Positions 17,416-27,756 of a stretch of DNA of 64,000 bases are shown here, one piece after another. The position numbers and the translations under genes are program-made. Within the stretch, counting starts at the first letter, position 1; each line of letters opens with the position of its first letter. Origin of the DNA: an uncultured Oscillospiraceae bacterium (GTDB lineage: Bacteria > Bacillota > Clostridia > Acetivibrionales > DTU013); contig CAZBEQ010000015.1 of assembly GCA_964490975.1 (NCBI GenBank), positions 1,995 through 65,994 of the forward strand, in the 5' to 3' direction. The notes below the pieces were generated by a model. The model did not search any database, was not told the origin of the DNA, and was given only the letters and a program-made list of their open reading frames with translations.

Positions 17416-19524
17416 ATGACTATGCGAAACCCAATAAACAATAGCGGATATGATGCATGGCTCAGCTTCAGCACTGCTGATAGCACGGCTGTCAGCAAAT
17501 TGTCAACATTTTTTGGCAGCATATGCCTGGAATCTAATGACCCATTGGTATCGATGGCCGGAAAGGAATTGAAATCAGCTTTTAAAACAATTTTCGTCAA
17601 AAGCCCTTTAACCGTTAAAAGTACAAAGGCTCAAGGGACAGTTGTCCTGTGCACTATTCCCGAAAGAACATCACCACCTGTTGTCGCTGATGTCGATAAA
17701 GCCGCCAGTATTTCCTTTATAACTGATAAAGAGTATGACAATATCGGTGGCGAGGGTTTTATTATAAAGCGCTGCAAGCATAGTAATAGCAGTTTTACAA
17801 TAATTGCCGCTAAATCCGGTGCCGGTGTACTTTATGGAGCTTATACACTTCTGCGGCTTATCCTATGTGGAGGCTTCAGCGAAAATATCAGCATTATTGA
17901 GAATCCATCACTGTCACTGCGTATGATCAATCAATGGGACAATATGGATGGCAGCATAGAAAGAGGTTATGCGGGGCTCTCTATTTTCTATAAGAATGGC
18001 AGTATTCTTACCGACAGCAAAAGGATCCGTGATTATGCACGGCTATTGGCATCCATCGGTCTCAACGCAATCGTACTGAACAACGTCAATGTGCACGACA
18101 TGGAAACAAGGCTGCTTTCAAAAGAAGAACTCCCAAAGGTTGCAAAGCTGGCTGAAATTTTTAGGTGCTATGGAATAAAGATTTTTCTGAGTATCAACTA
18201 CTCCAGCCCCATTGAACTCGGGGGGCTGGATACAGCAGACCCTTTGGATGCTGGAGTCCGGTCATGGTGGAGCTCCAAAGCCGCCGAGATCTACAGCTAT
18301 ATCCCAGATTTTGGTGGCTTTCTTGTCAAGGCGGATTCAGAGTTCCGTCCGGGACCCTTCACTTATGGAAGAAATCATGCGGAAGGTGCAAACGTACTGG
18401 CAGAGGCTCTTAAGCCCTATGGCGGTATTGTTGTCTGGCGGTGCTTCGTTTATAACTGCAGACAAGATTGGCGTGATACAATAACAGACAGGGCAAGCTC
18501 TGCCTATGACAACTTTATGCCTCTTGACGGTAAATTCGCGGATAATGTGCTGCTTCAGATCAAGAACGGGCCGATGGATTTCCAGGTTAGAGAACCTATA
18601 TCACCGCTTCTTGGAGGGCTTAGAAAATCTAATATGGTGCTTGAGGTGCAGATCACGCAGGAATACACGGGACAGCAGCGTCATCTTTGCTACCTTGCAC
18701 CAGTGTGGAAGGACACACTGGATTTTGATACCTTCAATAACGGTAAGGATAGTACAGTAGCAAATATACTTGTTAATGCTCCAAAAAACGGTATGTTGTC
18801 AGGCATTGCAGCGGTCTCTAACATCGGTGATGATATGAACTGGACAGGACATGATCTGGCGCAGGCCAACCTTTATTGCTTTGGAAGACTTGCATGGGAT
18901 CCTGGCCTGTCCTCCGAAGTAATCGCAAAGGAGTGGACAACTCAGACCTTTGGAAACGATCCGGTCGTTATGGATACTATTACCGGTATGCTTATGGAAT
19001 CATATAATATTTATGAAAGCTACACTTCACCGCTTGGTATCGGCTGGATGGTCAATCCCAATCATCATTATGGTCCAAGTGTGGATGGCTATGAGTACTC
19101 AGCCTGGGGAACATATCACAGAGCCGACCATGAGGGTATAGGTGTAGATAGATCCGTAGCTTTGGGAACCGGCTATGCCGGCAGATATTCCCCCCCGAAC
19201 TCGACTATGTATGAAAACATTGAAACCTGCCCCGAGGAACTACTTTTGTTTTTCCACCATGTTCCATACAAGTATAGGCTAAAATCAGGTACTACACTGA
19301 TACAGTATATATATGATACTCACTTTGAAGGAGCTGAAAAGGCCGCAGAGCTGGTCAACAAATGGAAGAGCCTCAATGGCAGGATCAACAGCCAATGCAG
19401 CGACCGCGTCCTTAAAAGGCTTGAGGAGCAGGCCGCTCACTCATGTGAATGGCGCGACGTTATCAACTCATACTTTTACAGAAAGAGTGGTATCCCGGAC
19501 GAAAAGTCCAGAAAAATTTATTGA
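17416..19524 (+). CDS. aguA: alpha-glucuronidase, glycoside hydrolase family 67
   Basis: GH67-typical N-terminus SGYDAWL, a ~700-aa length, and the blocks [16 protein letters not shown] and [11 protein letters not shown]. Confidence 0.85.
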   Translation: MTMRNPINNSGYDAWLSFSTADSTAVSKLSTFFGSICLESNDPLVSMAGKELKSAFKTIFVKSPLTVKSTKAQGTVVLCTIPERTSPPVVADVDKAASISFITDKEYDNIGGEGFIIKRCKHSNSSFTIIAAKSGAGVLYGAYTLLRLILCGGFSENISIIENPSLSLRMINQWDNMDGSIERGYAGLSIFYKNGSILTDSKRIRDYARLLASIGLNAIVLNNVNVHDMETRLLSKEELPKVAKLAEIFRCYGIKIFLSINYSSPIELGGLDTADPLDAGVRSWWSSKAAEIYSYIPDFGGFLVKADSEFRPGPFTYGRNHAEGANVLAEALKPYGGIVVWRCFVYNCRQDWRDTITDRASSAYDNFMPLDGKFADNVLLQIKNGPMDFQVREPISPLLGGLRKSNMVLEVQITQEYTGQQRHLCYLAPVWKDTLDFDTFNNGKDSTVANILVNAPKNGMLSGIAAVSNIGDDMNWTGHDLAQANLYCFGRLAWDPGLSSEVIAKEWTTQTFGNDPVVMDTITGMLMESYNIYESYTSPLGIGWMVNPNHHYGPSVDGYEYSAWGTYHRADHEGIGVDRSVALGTGYAGRYSPPNSTMYENIETCPEELLLFFHHVPYKYRLKSGTTLIQYIYDTHFEGAEKAAELVNKWKSLNGRINSQCSDRVLKRLEEQAAHSCEWRDVINSYFYRKSGIPDEKSRKIY

Positions 19525-19525
19525 T

Positions 19526-19603
19526 CAATCAAAGGGGACGGGGGTTTTTGATTATCAATTAACTTGTTAATTGATAATCAAAAACCCCCGTCCCCTTTGA
19601 TTG
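19526..19603. repeat. perfect 37-bp-stem palindrome
   Basis: CAATCAAAGGGGACGGGGGTTTTTGATTATCAATTAA (19526-19562), loop CTTG, exact reverse complement at 19567-19603. It starts 1 nt after the aguA stop and ends 5 nt before the proA -35 box. Confidence 0.95.
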
Positions 19604-19608
19604 TGCCC

Positions 19609-19637
19609 TTGTAATACGCATATTCATCTGATATACT
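19609..19637 (+). promoter_or_regulatory. sigma-A promoter (extended -10) of proA
   Basis: TTGTAA (19609-19614), 17-nt spacer ending in TGA, TATACT (19632-19637). The ATG is at 19667. Confidence 0.55.
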
Positions 19638-19666
19638 AATAAAAACCATCAGAACGAGGTGTTTTT

Positions 19667-20962
19667 ATGAGCGTTACCGAAGCATGCCATGGAGTCAAGT
19701 CAGCATCCATAAAGCTGGCGGTGTCCACTACTGCCGAAAAAAACAACGCGCTTCTTAGTATTGCAGATGCGCTTCTCAACCATAAAGAAGATATTTTCGC
19801 TGCAAATCGTCAGGATTTGAAAAGAAGCGAAGAAGAAAATGTACCCTTTCCCCTGCTTAAGAGACTGAAGTTCGATGAATCCAAGCTGAATGACGTCATA
19901 GCAGGTATCCACAGTCTTGTCGGTCTTGAGGATCCGGTAGGCAGAACATTGCTTTCTACGGAGCTGGATGATGGACTTGAGCTCTACAGGGTCACGTGTC
20001 CTATTGGCGCTATCGGTATAATTTTCGAGTCAAGGCCGGATGCACTCGTTCAGATATCTACCCTCTGCCTTAAAAGCGGGAATGGAGTGCTTCTGAAGGG
20101 CGGTTCCGAAGCAATTGAAACAAACAGAGTACTGGCAAGGCTTATCATTTCCGCAACTGAAGCCGCCGGCATTCCGAAGGGCTGGTGCAGCCTTCTGGAA
20201 ACACGTTCAGATATAAATGAGCTGCTAAAGCAGGACAAATATGTTGACCTTATTATCCCAAGAGGCTCTAATGAATTTGTCAGATATATAATGAATAACA
20301 CTAACATACCTGTGATGGGCCACGCAGACGGCATTTGCCATTGCTATATAGATAACACGGCAGATATGGACATGGCTGTACGGGTGGCAATAGATTCAAA
20401 GACGCAGTATGTAGCTGTCTGCAATGCTATGGAAACGCTTCTTGTACACGAAGCTGCAGCAAAGGAATTCCTGCCCGGGCTCAAGAAAGCTGCTGATGAA
20501 AAAAATGTAGAGCTGTTCGGCTGCAGTAAAACTACAGCAATCATATCCGTATCACCGGCTTCAGAGGATGACTGGAGAACAGAGTATCTTGATTACAAGC
20601 TATCGGTTAAAATCGTCGGAAGCCTTGACGAAGCGATAGACCATATCAATACCTATGGCTCCGGTCATACTGACTCAATTGTCACTGCAGACAAGGATGC
20701 TGCCGCGCGTTTCATGTCTCTTGTGGATTCAGGAAATGTTATGTGGAACTGTTCCACCAGATTCAGCGACGGGTTCAAATATGGCCTGGGTGCCGAAGTT
20801 GGCATTAGCACAGGCAAGCTCCATGCACGCGGTCCCGTCGGACTCGAGGGACTTGTGATATATAAATACAAGCTGATAGGTAACGGTCATATTGTTTCAG
20901 ACTATGCCGAAAAAAGGAGCAGCTTCACTCACAGAAAGCTTGACAGGGACTGCCCTCTTTAG
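19667..20962 (+). CDS. proA: gamma-glutamyl phosphate reductase
   Basis: ALDH-superfamily ProA blocks: GIIFESRPDA, LLKGGSEA, IPRGSNEFV, CNAMETLLVH, GSGHTDSIVT, STRFSDG. Confidence 0.92.
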   Translation: MSVTEACHGVKSASIKLAVSTTAEKNNALLSIADALLNHKEDIFAANRQDLKRSEEENVPFPLLKRLKFDESKLNDVIAGIHSLVGLEDPVGRTLLSTELDDGLELYRVTCPIGAIGIIFESRPDALVQISTLCLKSGNGVLLKGGSEAIETNRVLARLIISATEAAGIPKGWCSLLETRSDINELLKQDKYVDLIIPRGSNEFVRYIMNNTNIPVMGHADGICHCYIDNTADMDMAVRVAIDSKTQYVAVCNAMETLLVHEAAAKEFLPGLKKAADEKNVELFGCSKTTAIISVSPASEDDWRTEYLDYKLSVKIVGSLDEAIDHINTYGSGHTDSIVTADKDAAARFMSLVDSGNVMWNCSTRFSDGFKYGLGAEVGISTGKLHARGPVGLEGLVIYKYKLIGNGHIVSDYAEKRSSFTHRKLDRDCPL

Positions 20963-21008
20963 AAACGGATATGTCCCGTTCATCTATGACGAATACTCAA
21001 ATATATGC

Positions 21009-21047
21009 GACTGCCTCAATATGAACGTTGAGGCAGTCTATTTTTTA
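21009..21047 (+). terminator. rho-independent terminator of proA
   Basis: GACTGCCTCAA / TTGAGGCAGTC stem followed by TATTTTTTA. Confidence 0.8.
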
Positions 21048-21364
21048 CCATAAAAAACAAAAGCCCGATCGCAAAATCATATCCCGACTCCGGCACATAT
21101 GTCTTACATATGCTGAGTAAAATATCAAATAATGGGTGGATGTTACTTGTTGAAGTTATCGAAAAACCTTAATTGCACTACATAAATCAGAAATCAACCG
21201 CATTATCTAGCCGTATATTAACAAAATCGGATATCTCACCACACATTACATGATTTTTTACTCACCAATTGATTTTGAGATAGCTTCTTTTTCATTTGTA
21301 TCAAATATGAACATTATAGCGGGTTTAACATAATATGAATTAAGAATATTGAGATCATGGTGGT

Positions 21365-21763
21365 ATGATGGAAAACACACTCAAATTGGAAAAGATAACA
21401 AGCGGGCTCCTTACACTTCAAAAAATAAAAGAACTGTACAATTATGAGCACAGGGCATCGGAAGAAAGCACTACCGATTATATCCGCCCGGATAGATTGA
21501 TGCTTATGCGTGAATTGCTTTCATCCGTTACGGAATTTCTCCCGCAGACCAGAAGCGGTATGTTCAGCAGCGCATTTGAGCAGGGCACCCGCTTCAGCGG
21601 CGCATACAGAGAGCTTAAGCATCATATCGGCAGTATGAGCAGAGGTACTCCCGCGCAGGAAGATTTTTTCAGAACGCTCAGGCTGCTTATACCTGTGCTT
21701 GATATCCGGCATAAAGTGTACATGGATAAGTTCGTGAAAATAATAGATATATTGATGTCCTGA
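21365..21763 (+). CDS. hypothetical protein (132 aa), orphan
   Basis: Only an ORF with a weak RBS (GGTGG). No family was recognised. Confidence 0.4.
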   Translation: MMENTLKLEKITSGLLTLQKIKELYNYEHRASEESTTDYIRPDRLMLMRELLSSVTEFLPQTRSGMFSSAFEQGTRFSGAYRELKHHIGSMSRGTPAQEDFFRTLRLLIPVLDIRHKVYMDKFVKIIDILMS

Positions 21764-21949
21764 TACATACAATTTTGCCATGCGAACAGTTATCTCAGTT
21801 GCAGTGCATAAATTAAATTCTAGTGTTCATCTGTATTTGCTCATTTCGTGTGACCCATACCAAGCTGCGTGTCACTGCGTTGATGCAGCTTATGCTACTA
21901 CGCATTCAACCTGTATACGTCCACTGGCCTACTCAATATTCGATAATTA

Positions 21950-21979
21950 TTGACAACACATATATTATGTGATTATAAT
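21950..21979 (+). promoter_or_regulatory. sigma-A promoter upstream of the HTH-cupin regulator / pot operon
   Basis: TTGACA (21950-21955), 18-nt spacer, TATAAT (21974-21979). Confidence 0.6.
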
Positions 21980-22066
21980 AAATTGTTTTTTATGTTTAGT
22001 GGTTCTAAACAAAATGTTTATAAATACAAACAAGCGTAATAGTTCTGAGAATAAAGGAACAAAATT

Positions 22067-22606
22067 ATGAAAATTGGCAACAAGCTCAAAATGCTGAGAA
22101 TTAAAAACGGTTTGACACAGGAAGAACTGGCCGACAGAAGTGAACTGTCCAAGGGCTTTATATCGCAGATCGAGAGGGATCTGACCTCCCCCTCCATAGC
22201 TACTCTTGTAGATGTACTACAGTGTCTGGGCTCAAACCTGAAGGATTTTTTCAATGAAAGCATAGATGAAAAGATCGTTTTCAGGAAGGATGATGTCTTC
22301 GTTAAGGAAAACAGTGACCTGAAGCATGAGATCAGATGGATCGTGCCTGACTCGCAAAAAAACAGAATGGAACCTATGCTTATCAGTTTGACTGAGGGTG
22401 GGGTCTCAGAAGCGGATGACCCCCACGAAGGCGAAGAGTATGGCTATGTACTGGCAGGCTCTATATTTATCAACCTTGCCGGAAGGAAATACAAGGTCAA
22501 AAAAGATGAGAGCTTTTATTTCAAGGCAAACTGTGTGCATTATATATCAAACAGCGGCAAGACAGAGGCAAAGGTGCTTTGGGTATCTACTCCCCCAAGC
22601 TTTTAA
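22067..22606 (+). CDS. XRE-HTH plus cupin transcriptional regulator (PuuR-like)
   Basis: N-terminal LRIKNGLTQEELADRSELSKGFISQIERDLTSPSIATL and a C-terminal cupin (EEYGYVLAGSIFINLAGRKYKVKKDESFYF). Confidence 0.85.
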   Translation: MKIGNKLKMLRIKNGLTQEELADRSELSKGFISQIERDLTSPSIATLVDVLQCLGSNLKDFFNESIDEKIVFRKDDVFVKENSDLKHEIRWIVPDSQKNRMEPMLISLTEGGVSEADDPHEGEEYGYVLAGSIFINLAGRKYKVKKDESFYFKANCVHYISNSGKTEAKVLWVSTPPSF

Positions 22607-22662
22607 AGCACCTGTAACATAGATAAGTCAAATCAATATGAACATTGCAAGGAGTATACCAA

Positions 22663-23712
22663 ATGTCGAACCACATTATTGAATTGGTTGATCTGGTAAA
22701 GAAATATGATGGTACAGAAGCGCTGAAGGGCATCAACCTGTACATAAGGCAAAATGAGTTCATAACTCTGCTCGGTCCCAGCGGTTGCGGCAAAACTACC
22801 ACCTTGAGGCTTATTGGAGGATTTGAAAAGCCAACCTCGGGTAAGGTTTTATTTGAGGGTGCCGACGTTACTGATGTTCCCCCATATAAACGCAAGGTCA
22901 ATACGGTTTTTCAGAAATATGCGCTTTTCCCGCATATGAATGTTTATGATAACATAGCCTTTGGACTGCAGATCAAAAAAACCGAAAAAAATATCATCCG
23001 TGAAAAGGTTGCCAAAATGCTGGCAATGGTGAATTTAGAAGGTTTTGAAAAAAGATCTGTAGATTCACTGAGTGGCGGTCAACAGCAAAGAATTGCAATC
23101 GCCCGCGCGCTTGTCAATGAACCTGAAGTCCTTTTGTTGGACGAGCCCCTTGGCGCGTTGGACCTGAAGCTGCGAAAGGAAATGCAGCTGGAGCTGAAAA
23201 AGATGCAGCAACAGCTTGGTATTACCTTCATATATGTTACACACGACCAGGAAGAAGCATTGACGATGTCCGACACCATAGTTGTTATGTCCAAGGGCAC
23301 GATCCAGCAGATCGGAACTCCACAGGATATATACAATGAGCCGAGAAACGCCTTTGTTGCTGATTTCATTGGCGAGAGCAACATAATCGAAGGGGTAATG
23401 CTCCACGACTTCCGCGTGAGCTTTGCTGCCCATGAATTTGATTGTGCCGATAAGGGCTTCTCTGCAAATGAGAGTGTCGATGTTGTAGTCAGGCCCGAAG
23501 ATATCAAGCTGATCCAGGGAGACGAAAGCCTTCTACAGGGGACAGTAAGATCAGTCACCTTCAAGGGTGTCCACTATGAAATGCAGGTAGAAGACAGTAA
23601 CGGCTTCAGCTGGATCATTCACAGCACTGCACTGGAGCCTGTAGGCGCCAAAGTAGGGCTGAGCATACAGCCATTTGATATTCAAATAATGAAAAAGGTG
23701 TCTGCGACATGA
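22663..23712 (+). CDS. potA: spermidine/putrescine ABC transporter ATP-binding protein
   Basis: Walker [10 protein letters not shown], signature LSGGQQQR, Walker B LLLDEP, and a C-terminal TOBE-like domain. AAGGAG lies 8 nt before the ATG at 22663. Confidence 0.9.
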   Translation: MSNHIIELVDLVKKYDGTEALKGINLYIRQNEFITLLGPSGCGKTTTLRLIGGFEKPTSGKVLFEGADVTDVPPYKRKVNTVFQKYALFPHMNVYDNIAFGLQIKKTEKNIIREKVAKMLAMVNLEGFEKRSVDSLSGGQQQRIAIARALVNEPEVLLLDEPLGALDLKLRKEMQLELKKMQQQLGITFIYVTHDQEEALTMSDTIVVMSKGTIQQIGTPQDIYNEPRNAFVADFIGESNIIEGVMLHDFRVSFAAHEFDCADKGFSANESVDVVVRPEDIKLIQGDESLLQGTVRSVTFKGVHYEMQVEDSNGFSWIIHSTALEPVGAKVGLSIQPFDIQIMKKVSAT

Positions 23713-24533
23713 AAAAAGGATGGGTCTCATATCCATACATAGTTTGGATGATAATATTTATAATAGTGCCGCTCGTTCTTGTACTTTATTATAGTCTGAC
23801 TGTCACAAAGGATGGCTCGGTTGTGTTTTCGCTGAGCAACTTTGCCAAAGTGCTGCAGCCCATATATTTAAAGGTCTTATTGCGCTCAGTGCTCCTGGCT
23901 GTCGCAAGCACGGTCATATGCCTTTTATTAGGATATCCTGTTGCCATGATTTTGTCAGGCAGGGATCTCAGCAAGAAAGGTACATTGGTCATGCTTTTCA
24001 TAATTCCCATGTGGATGAATTTCTTACTCAGGACTTATGCCTGGATGACACTTCTTGATCGTAAGGGTATCATAAATTCGCTCCTTGGCTCAATAGGACT
24101 GCCTCAGGTCAACATTCTCTATACGGATTGGGCTGTTATCCTTGGTATGGTCTACAATTTCCTGCCGTTCATGGTCCTTCCGATATTTTCGGTACTCAGC
24201 AAAATCGACAGAAGCCTGATCGAAGCTGCTGAAGACCTTGGATCGGACTCCTTCACAGTTTTCACAAGGGTCACCTTCCCTCTCAGCTTGCCTGGAGTAG
24301 TGTCCGGTATAACAATGGTATTCATGCCGGCAGTCACAACCTTCATTATTTCAAAGCTCCTTGGCGGAAGCCAGTATACACTGATCGGAAATCTGATCGA
24401 GGATCAGTTCATGAGGGTATATGACTGGAACTTCGGTTCGGCCGTGTCGATCATAATGATGCTGCTGATACTTGCAAGTATGGCACTTATGTCGCGATAC
24501 GACAAGGAAGATGCGGGAGGTGGATTGCTTTGA
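23709..24533 (+). CDS. potB: spermidine/putrescine ABC transporter permease
   Basis: EAA loop [27 protein letters not shown]. It overlaps the potA stop by 4 nt. Confidence 0.88.
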   Translation: MKKGWVSYPYIVWMIIFIIVPLVLVLYYSLTVTKDGSVVFSLSNFAKVLQPIYLKVLLRSVLLAVASTVICLLLGYPVAMILSGRDLSKKGTLVMLFIIPMWMNFLLRTYAWMTLLDRKGIINSLLGSIGLPQVNILYTDWAVILGMVYNFLPFMVLPIFSVLSKIDRSLIEAAEDLGSDSFTVFTRVTFPLSLPGVVSGITMVFMPAVTTFIISKLLGGSQYTLIGNLIEDQFMRVYDWNFGSAVSIIMMLLILASMALMSRYDKEDAGGGLL

Positions 24534-25330
24534 AAAAAACGCTTAAAAAGCTTTATCTGTTCATAATTTTTATATTCCTGTATGCTCCGGTAGTTACACT
24601 TATAGTATTTTCTTTTAACAGTTCTAAATCCAGAGCCAGTTGGGGAGGCTTTACATTCAAATGGTACGGTGATCTTTTCCGTGACAAGCAGATTATGTCG
24701 TCATTGTACTATACCGTTGCTGTAGCATTGCTGGCATCTTTGATTGCTACCATTGCAGGCACAGCCGCAGCAGTTGGCATCCACAATATGAATAAACCAC
24801 TTAGGAAGCTAATAATGAATGTTACATACCTGCCGGTCCTGAACCCTGATATCGTGACTGGTATATCTCTGATGATACTTTTTATATTCCTGAAGCTGAA
24901 CCTTGGCTTTGTAACGCTGCTGCTGGCACATATAACCTTTAATATACCCTATGTGATACTGTCTGTACTGCCAAAGCTAAAACAGCTCAACAAGCATATG
25001 TATGAAGCAGCGCTCGATCTTGGAGCCGAGCCGATAAATGCCTTTTTCAAGGTCATACTGCCTGAGATCATGCCTGGTATCATTACGGGCTTCCTGCTGG
25101 CGTTCACATTATCACTGGATGATTTCATAATCAGCTTTTTCACGACTGGTTCCGGAGTCTCAACACTTTCGATCACAGTATACTCCATGGCAAGGCGAGG
25201 CATCAATCCGAAGATAAATGCTTTGTCAACGCTGATGTTTATCGCAGTTCTTGGGCTTTTACTCATTATAAATAAAAGGTCATCAGCGAACAATAAGAAC
25301 GAAACCGCGGCGCTTAGCAACCTTATATGA
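24530..25330 (+). CDS. potC: spermidine/putrescine ABC transporter permease
   Basis: EAA loop MYEAALDLGAEPINAFFKVILPEIMPG. The TTG start overlaps the potB stop, and the RBS is GGGAGGTGG. Confidence 0.88.
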   Translation: MKKTLKKLYLFIIFIFLYAPVVTLIVFSFNSSKSRASWGGFTFKWYGDLFRDKQIMSSLYYTVAVALLASLIATIAGTAAAVGIHNMNKPLRKLIMNVTYLPVLNPDIVTGISLMILFIFLKLNLGFVTLLLAHITFNIPYVILSVLPKLKQLNKHMYEAALDLGAEPINAFFKVILPEIMPGIITGFLLAFTLSLDDFIISFFTTGSGVSTLSITVYSMARRGINPKINALSTLMFIAVLGLLLIINKRSSANNKNETAALSNLI

Positions 25331-25419
25331 AAACAATGCAGAAGGTGGCTCTGTCATCGGCCTCACCTTATGGACTGCTTGTATATATACTAAAATATTA
25401 TTAAGGAGTAATGTAAGAA

Positions 25420-26493
25420 ATGAAAATGAAAACACAAAGGATTTTTTCAATAATAGCAGCTATTGCACTGCTGGTCGTAACGTTTACCGCCTGCGGAGCT
25501 GCTGAAGACGGAAGTAAGAACGATATAGTGACCATCAATGTTTTCAATTGGGGCGATTATATCGCTGAATCAACGATCAAGGATTTTGAAACAAAGTATC
25601 CAAATATAAAGGTTAATTATGAGGGCTTTACAACAAATGAAGATATGTACGTTAAGATCAAAACAGGCGGATCGGCATATGATGTGGCTATTCCGTCCGA
25701 CTACATGATCAAAAGGATGCTTAATGAAGGTCTGGTCAACAAAATCAATATGAACAACATTACAAATTATAAATACATTGATGAACGCTTTAAAAACCTC
25801 AGCTTCGATCCGGGAAATGAATACTCGGTTCCGTATATGTGGGGAACTGTAGGAATATTATACAACAAGACAATGGTAACTGGCCCTATCGACAGCTGGG
25901 AGGTGCTCTGGGATGAGAAATACAGCAAACAGATCATTATGCCTGACAGCGAAAGAGACAGCCTTGGCGTTACTTTGAAAATGCTCGGCTACTCTATGAA
26001 TACCACAAATGTTGCGGAGCTGGAGGCTGCAAAAGAGAAGCTGCTTGAGCAAAAACCGCTTGTACTGGCCTACGTAGTGGATGAAGTAAAGGACATGATG
26101 ATAGGTGAGAGTGCCGCCATGGCAGTTGTATGGTCCGGAGACGCGTATTTCTGCATGTCCGAGAATGAGAACCTTGATTACATTATACCAAAGGAAGGAA
26201 GCAACTACTGGTTCGATTCAATGGTCATACCCTATACAAGCAAGCACCAGAAGGAAGCCGAGCTGTTCATAAATTTCATGTGTGATCCGGAAGTCGCATT
26301 TAACAATGCAGATTACATAGGTTATGCTACTCCTCACACTGAGGTTGTGAAAATGCTCGATCCGAAACTGGTATCTGACAGGAATGCATATCCTCCTAAG
26401 GAGGACCTGGTGAATAGCGAGATATTCGAATATCCAGGTGATGATATAAACAAAGAGTACAACCGTATCTGGACTGAAGTAAAGGCTGACTGA
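25420..26493 (+). CDS. potD: spermidine/putrescine ABC transporter substrate-binding lipoprotein
   Basis: Lipobox FTAC, and the PotD-like blocks NWGDYI, VPYMWGTVGILYN, YWFDSMVIP. Confidence 0.88.
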   Translation: MKMKTQRIFSIIAAIALLVVTFTACGAAEDGSKNDIVTINVFNWGDYIAESTIKDFETKYPNIKVNYEGFTTNEDMYVKIKTGGSAYDVAIPSDYMIKRMLNEGLVNKINMNNITNYKYIDERFKNLSFDPGNEYSVPYMWGTVGILYNKTMVTGPIDSWEVLWDEKYSKQIIMPDSERDSLGVTLKMLGYSMNTTNVAELEAAKEKLLEQKPLVLAYVVDEVKDMMIGESAAMAVVWSGDAYFCMSENENLDYIIPKEGSNYWFDSMVIPYTSKHQKEAELFINFMCDPEVAFNNADYIGYATPHTEVVKMLDPKLVSDRNAYPPKEDLVNSEIFEYPGDDINKEYNRIWTEVKAD

Positions 26494-26531
26494 TGATCTT
26501 TTGTCGGTTAAGTATTGATCAGGAGTAGTAT

Positions 26532-27737
26532 ATGTCAAAAAAAAGATATAAGGCGGGCAAACTATTTAATAAATTCCTTAAGCTTATCTTGGGCACTTAC
26601 ATGAAAACGTTGTTTTCAATAGGCATTGAGAACCGTCAGCTTAAGGACGCAAAACCGCCTTATATCATTCTTGCTAACCATACAAATTTCTGGGACCCAT
26701 TTTTGTTATCTCTGTGTATACCCGATCCAATCTATTTTGTCACATCAGACGCATACTTTAGAAATCCTGTCCTGAAACAGCTTCTAAAGCTTGTAGGAGC
26801 TATTCCCAAAAGGAAACAGGCTTCAGATCCTTCAACGATCCGCGGTATTTTAGAAGTTGTCAAAAGCAAAGGAATTATCGGAATATTCCCGGAGGGGAAA
26901 AGAAACTGGGACGGCAGAACACTGCAGCTACGCCGCGCTACTGCCAAGCTGATAAAATCACTGGATATTCCTGTGTATTCCGTACTGCTTAAAGGTGCGT
27001 ATCTGGCAATGCCAAGGTGGGCAGCTTTCTCAAGAAGGGGCAGGCTGTCAATGGAACTTGTAAAGGTTCTTGATAAGGAAGAAATCAAAAACCTGTCACC
27101 AGACGGGATATATGAAAGGATATCAAACAGCCTTGATTATGACGAATACAGCAGTCAGCGGCGCTTGATGCATACATATACCGGCAGGAACAAGGCTGAG
27201 CACATTGAGCTGTTCCTGTTTACCTGTGCTCATTGCAAAGGCATCGATACGCTGGTATCCTCAAAAGATAGCTTTGAATGCAGGAACTGTGGCCTAAAAA
27301 TGCATTATAACGATCGTGGATTTTTAGAAGCCGATAAAGGAGCTCAATTGCCGTTTGACAGCCCCAGGGACTGGAATCTATGGCAATTGGACAATCTGGA
27401 CACTATAATAGCTGATAATGCTAATAATTTGTCAGATAGCCCTATCACAAGTGACGATAATATCATACTAAAAACAGGTGGCAAAACAGGAAAACTGATT
27501 GGCAGCAACACCGGAGGCAGGCTTTCAGTATACTGTGACCGGCTCGAGTATTTAACATTCGGAAAGGATCAGCTGTTTTTTCCCATCAGCAAGATTTCCG
27601 GTATGAACATACAGTTCAACAATCAGTTGGAGTTTATCCATGATACGGTCCTTTACCGTTTTAGCTCGAAGAGCGGAATTTTCTCCGCTTATAAATATGT
27701 GATGATCGTCGAAAAACTAAGACTCAGGGCAGAATAA
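26532..27737 (+). CDS. lysophospholipid (PlsC-family) acyltransferase-like protein with a C-terminal zinc-ribbon-containing extension
   Basis: Acyltransferase blocks ILANHTNFWDPF (HX4D) and GIFPEGKRN, plus a CxxC...CxxC motif (CAHCKG...CRNCG). Confidence 0.7.
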   Translation: MSKKRYKAGKLFNKFLKLILGTYMKTLFSIGIENRQLKDAKPPYIILANHTNFWDPFLLSLCIPDPIYFVTSDAYFRNPVLKQLLKLVGAIPKRKQASDPSTIRGILEVVKSKGIIGIFPEGKRNWDGRTLQLRRATAKLIKSLDIPVYSVLLKGAYLAMPRWAAFSRRGRLSMELVKVLDKEEIKNLSPDGIYERISNSLDYDEYSSQRRLMHTYTGRNKAEHIELFLFTCAHCKGIDTLVSSKDSFECRNCGLKMHYNDRGFLEADKGAQLPFDSPRDWNLWQLDNLDTIIADNANNLSDSPITSDDNIILKTGGKTGKLIGSNTGGRLSVYCDRLEYLTFGKDQLFFPISKISGMNIQFNNQLEFIHDTVLYRFSSKSGIFSAYKYVMIVEKLRLRAE

Positions 27738-27756
27738 GCACCACAGGAGGTTTCTT

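Noticed and set aside
23065-23564. Minus-strand ORFs of 122 and 161 aa inside potA.
   Set aside because: They are antisense shadows of a highly conserved ABC ATPase.
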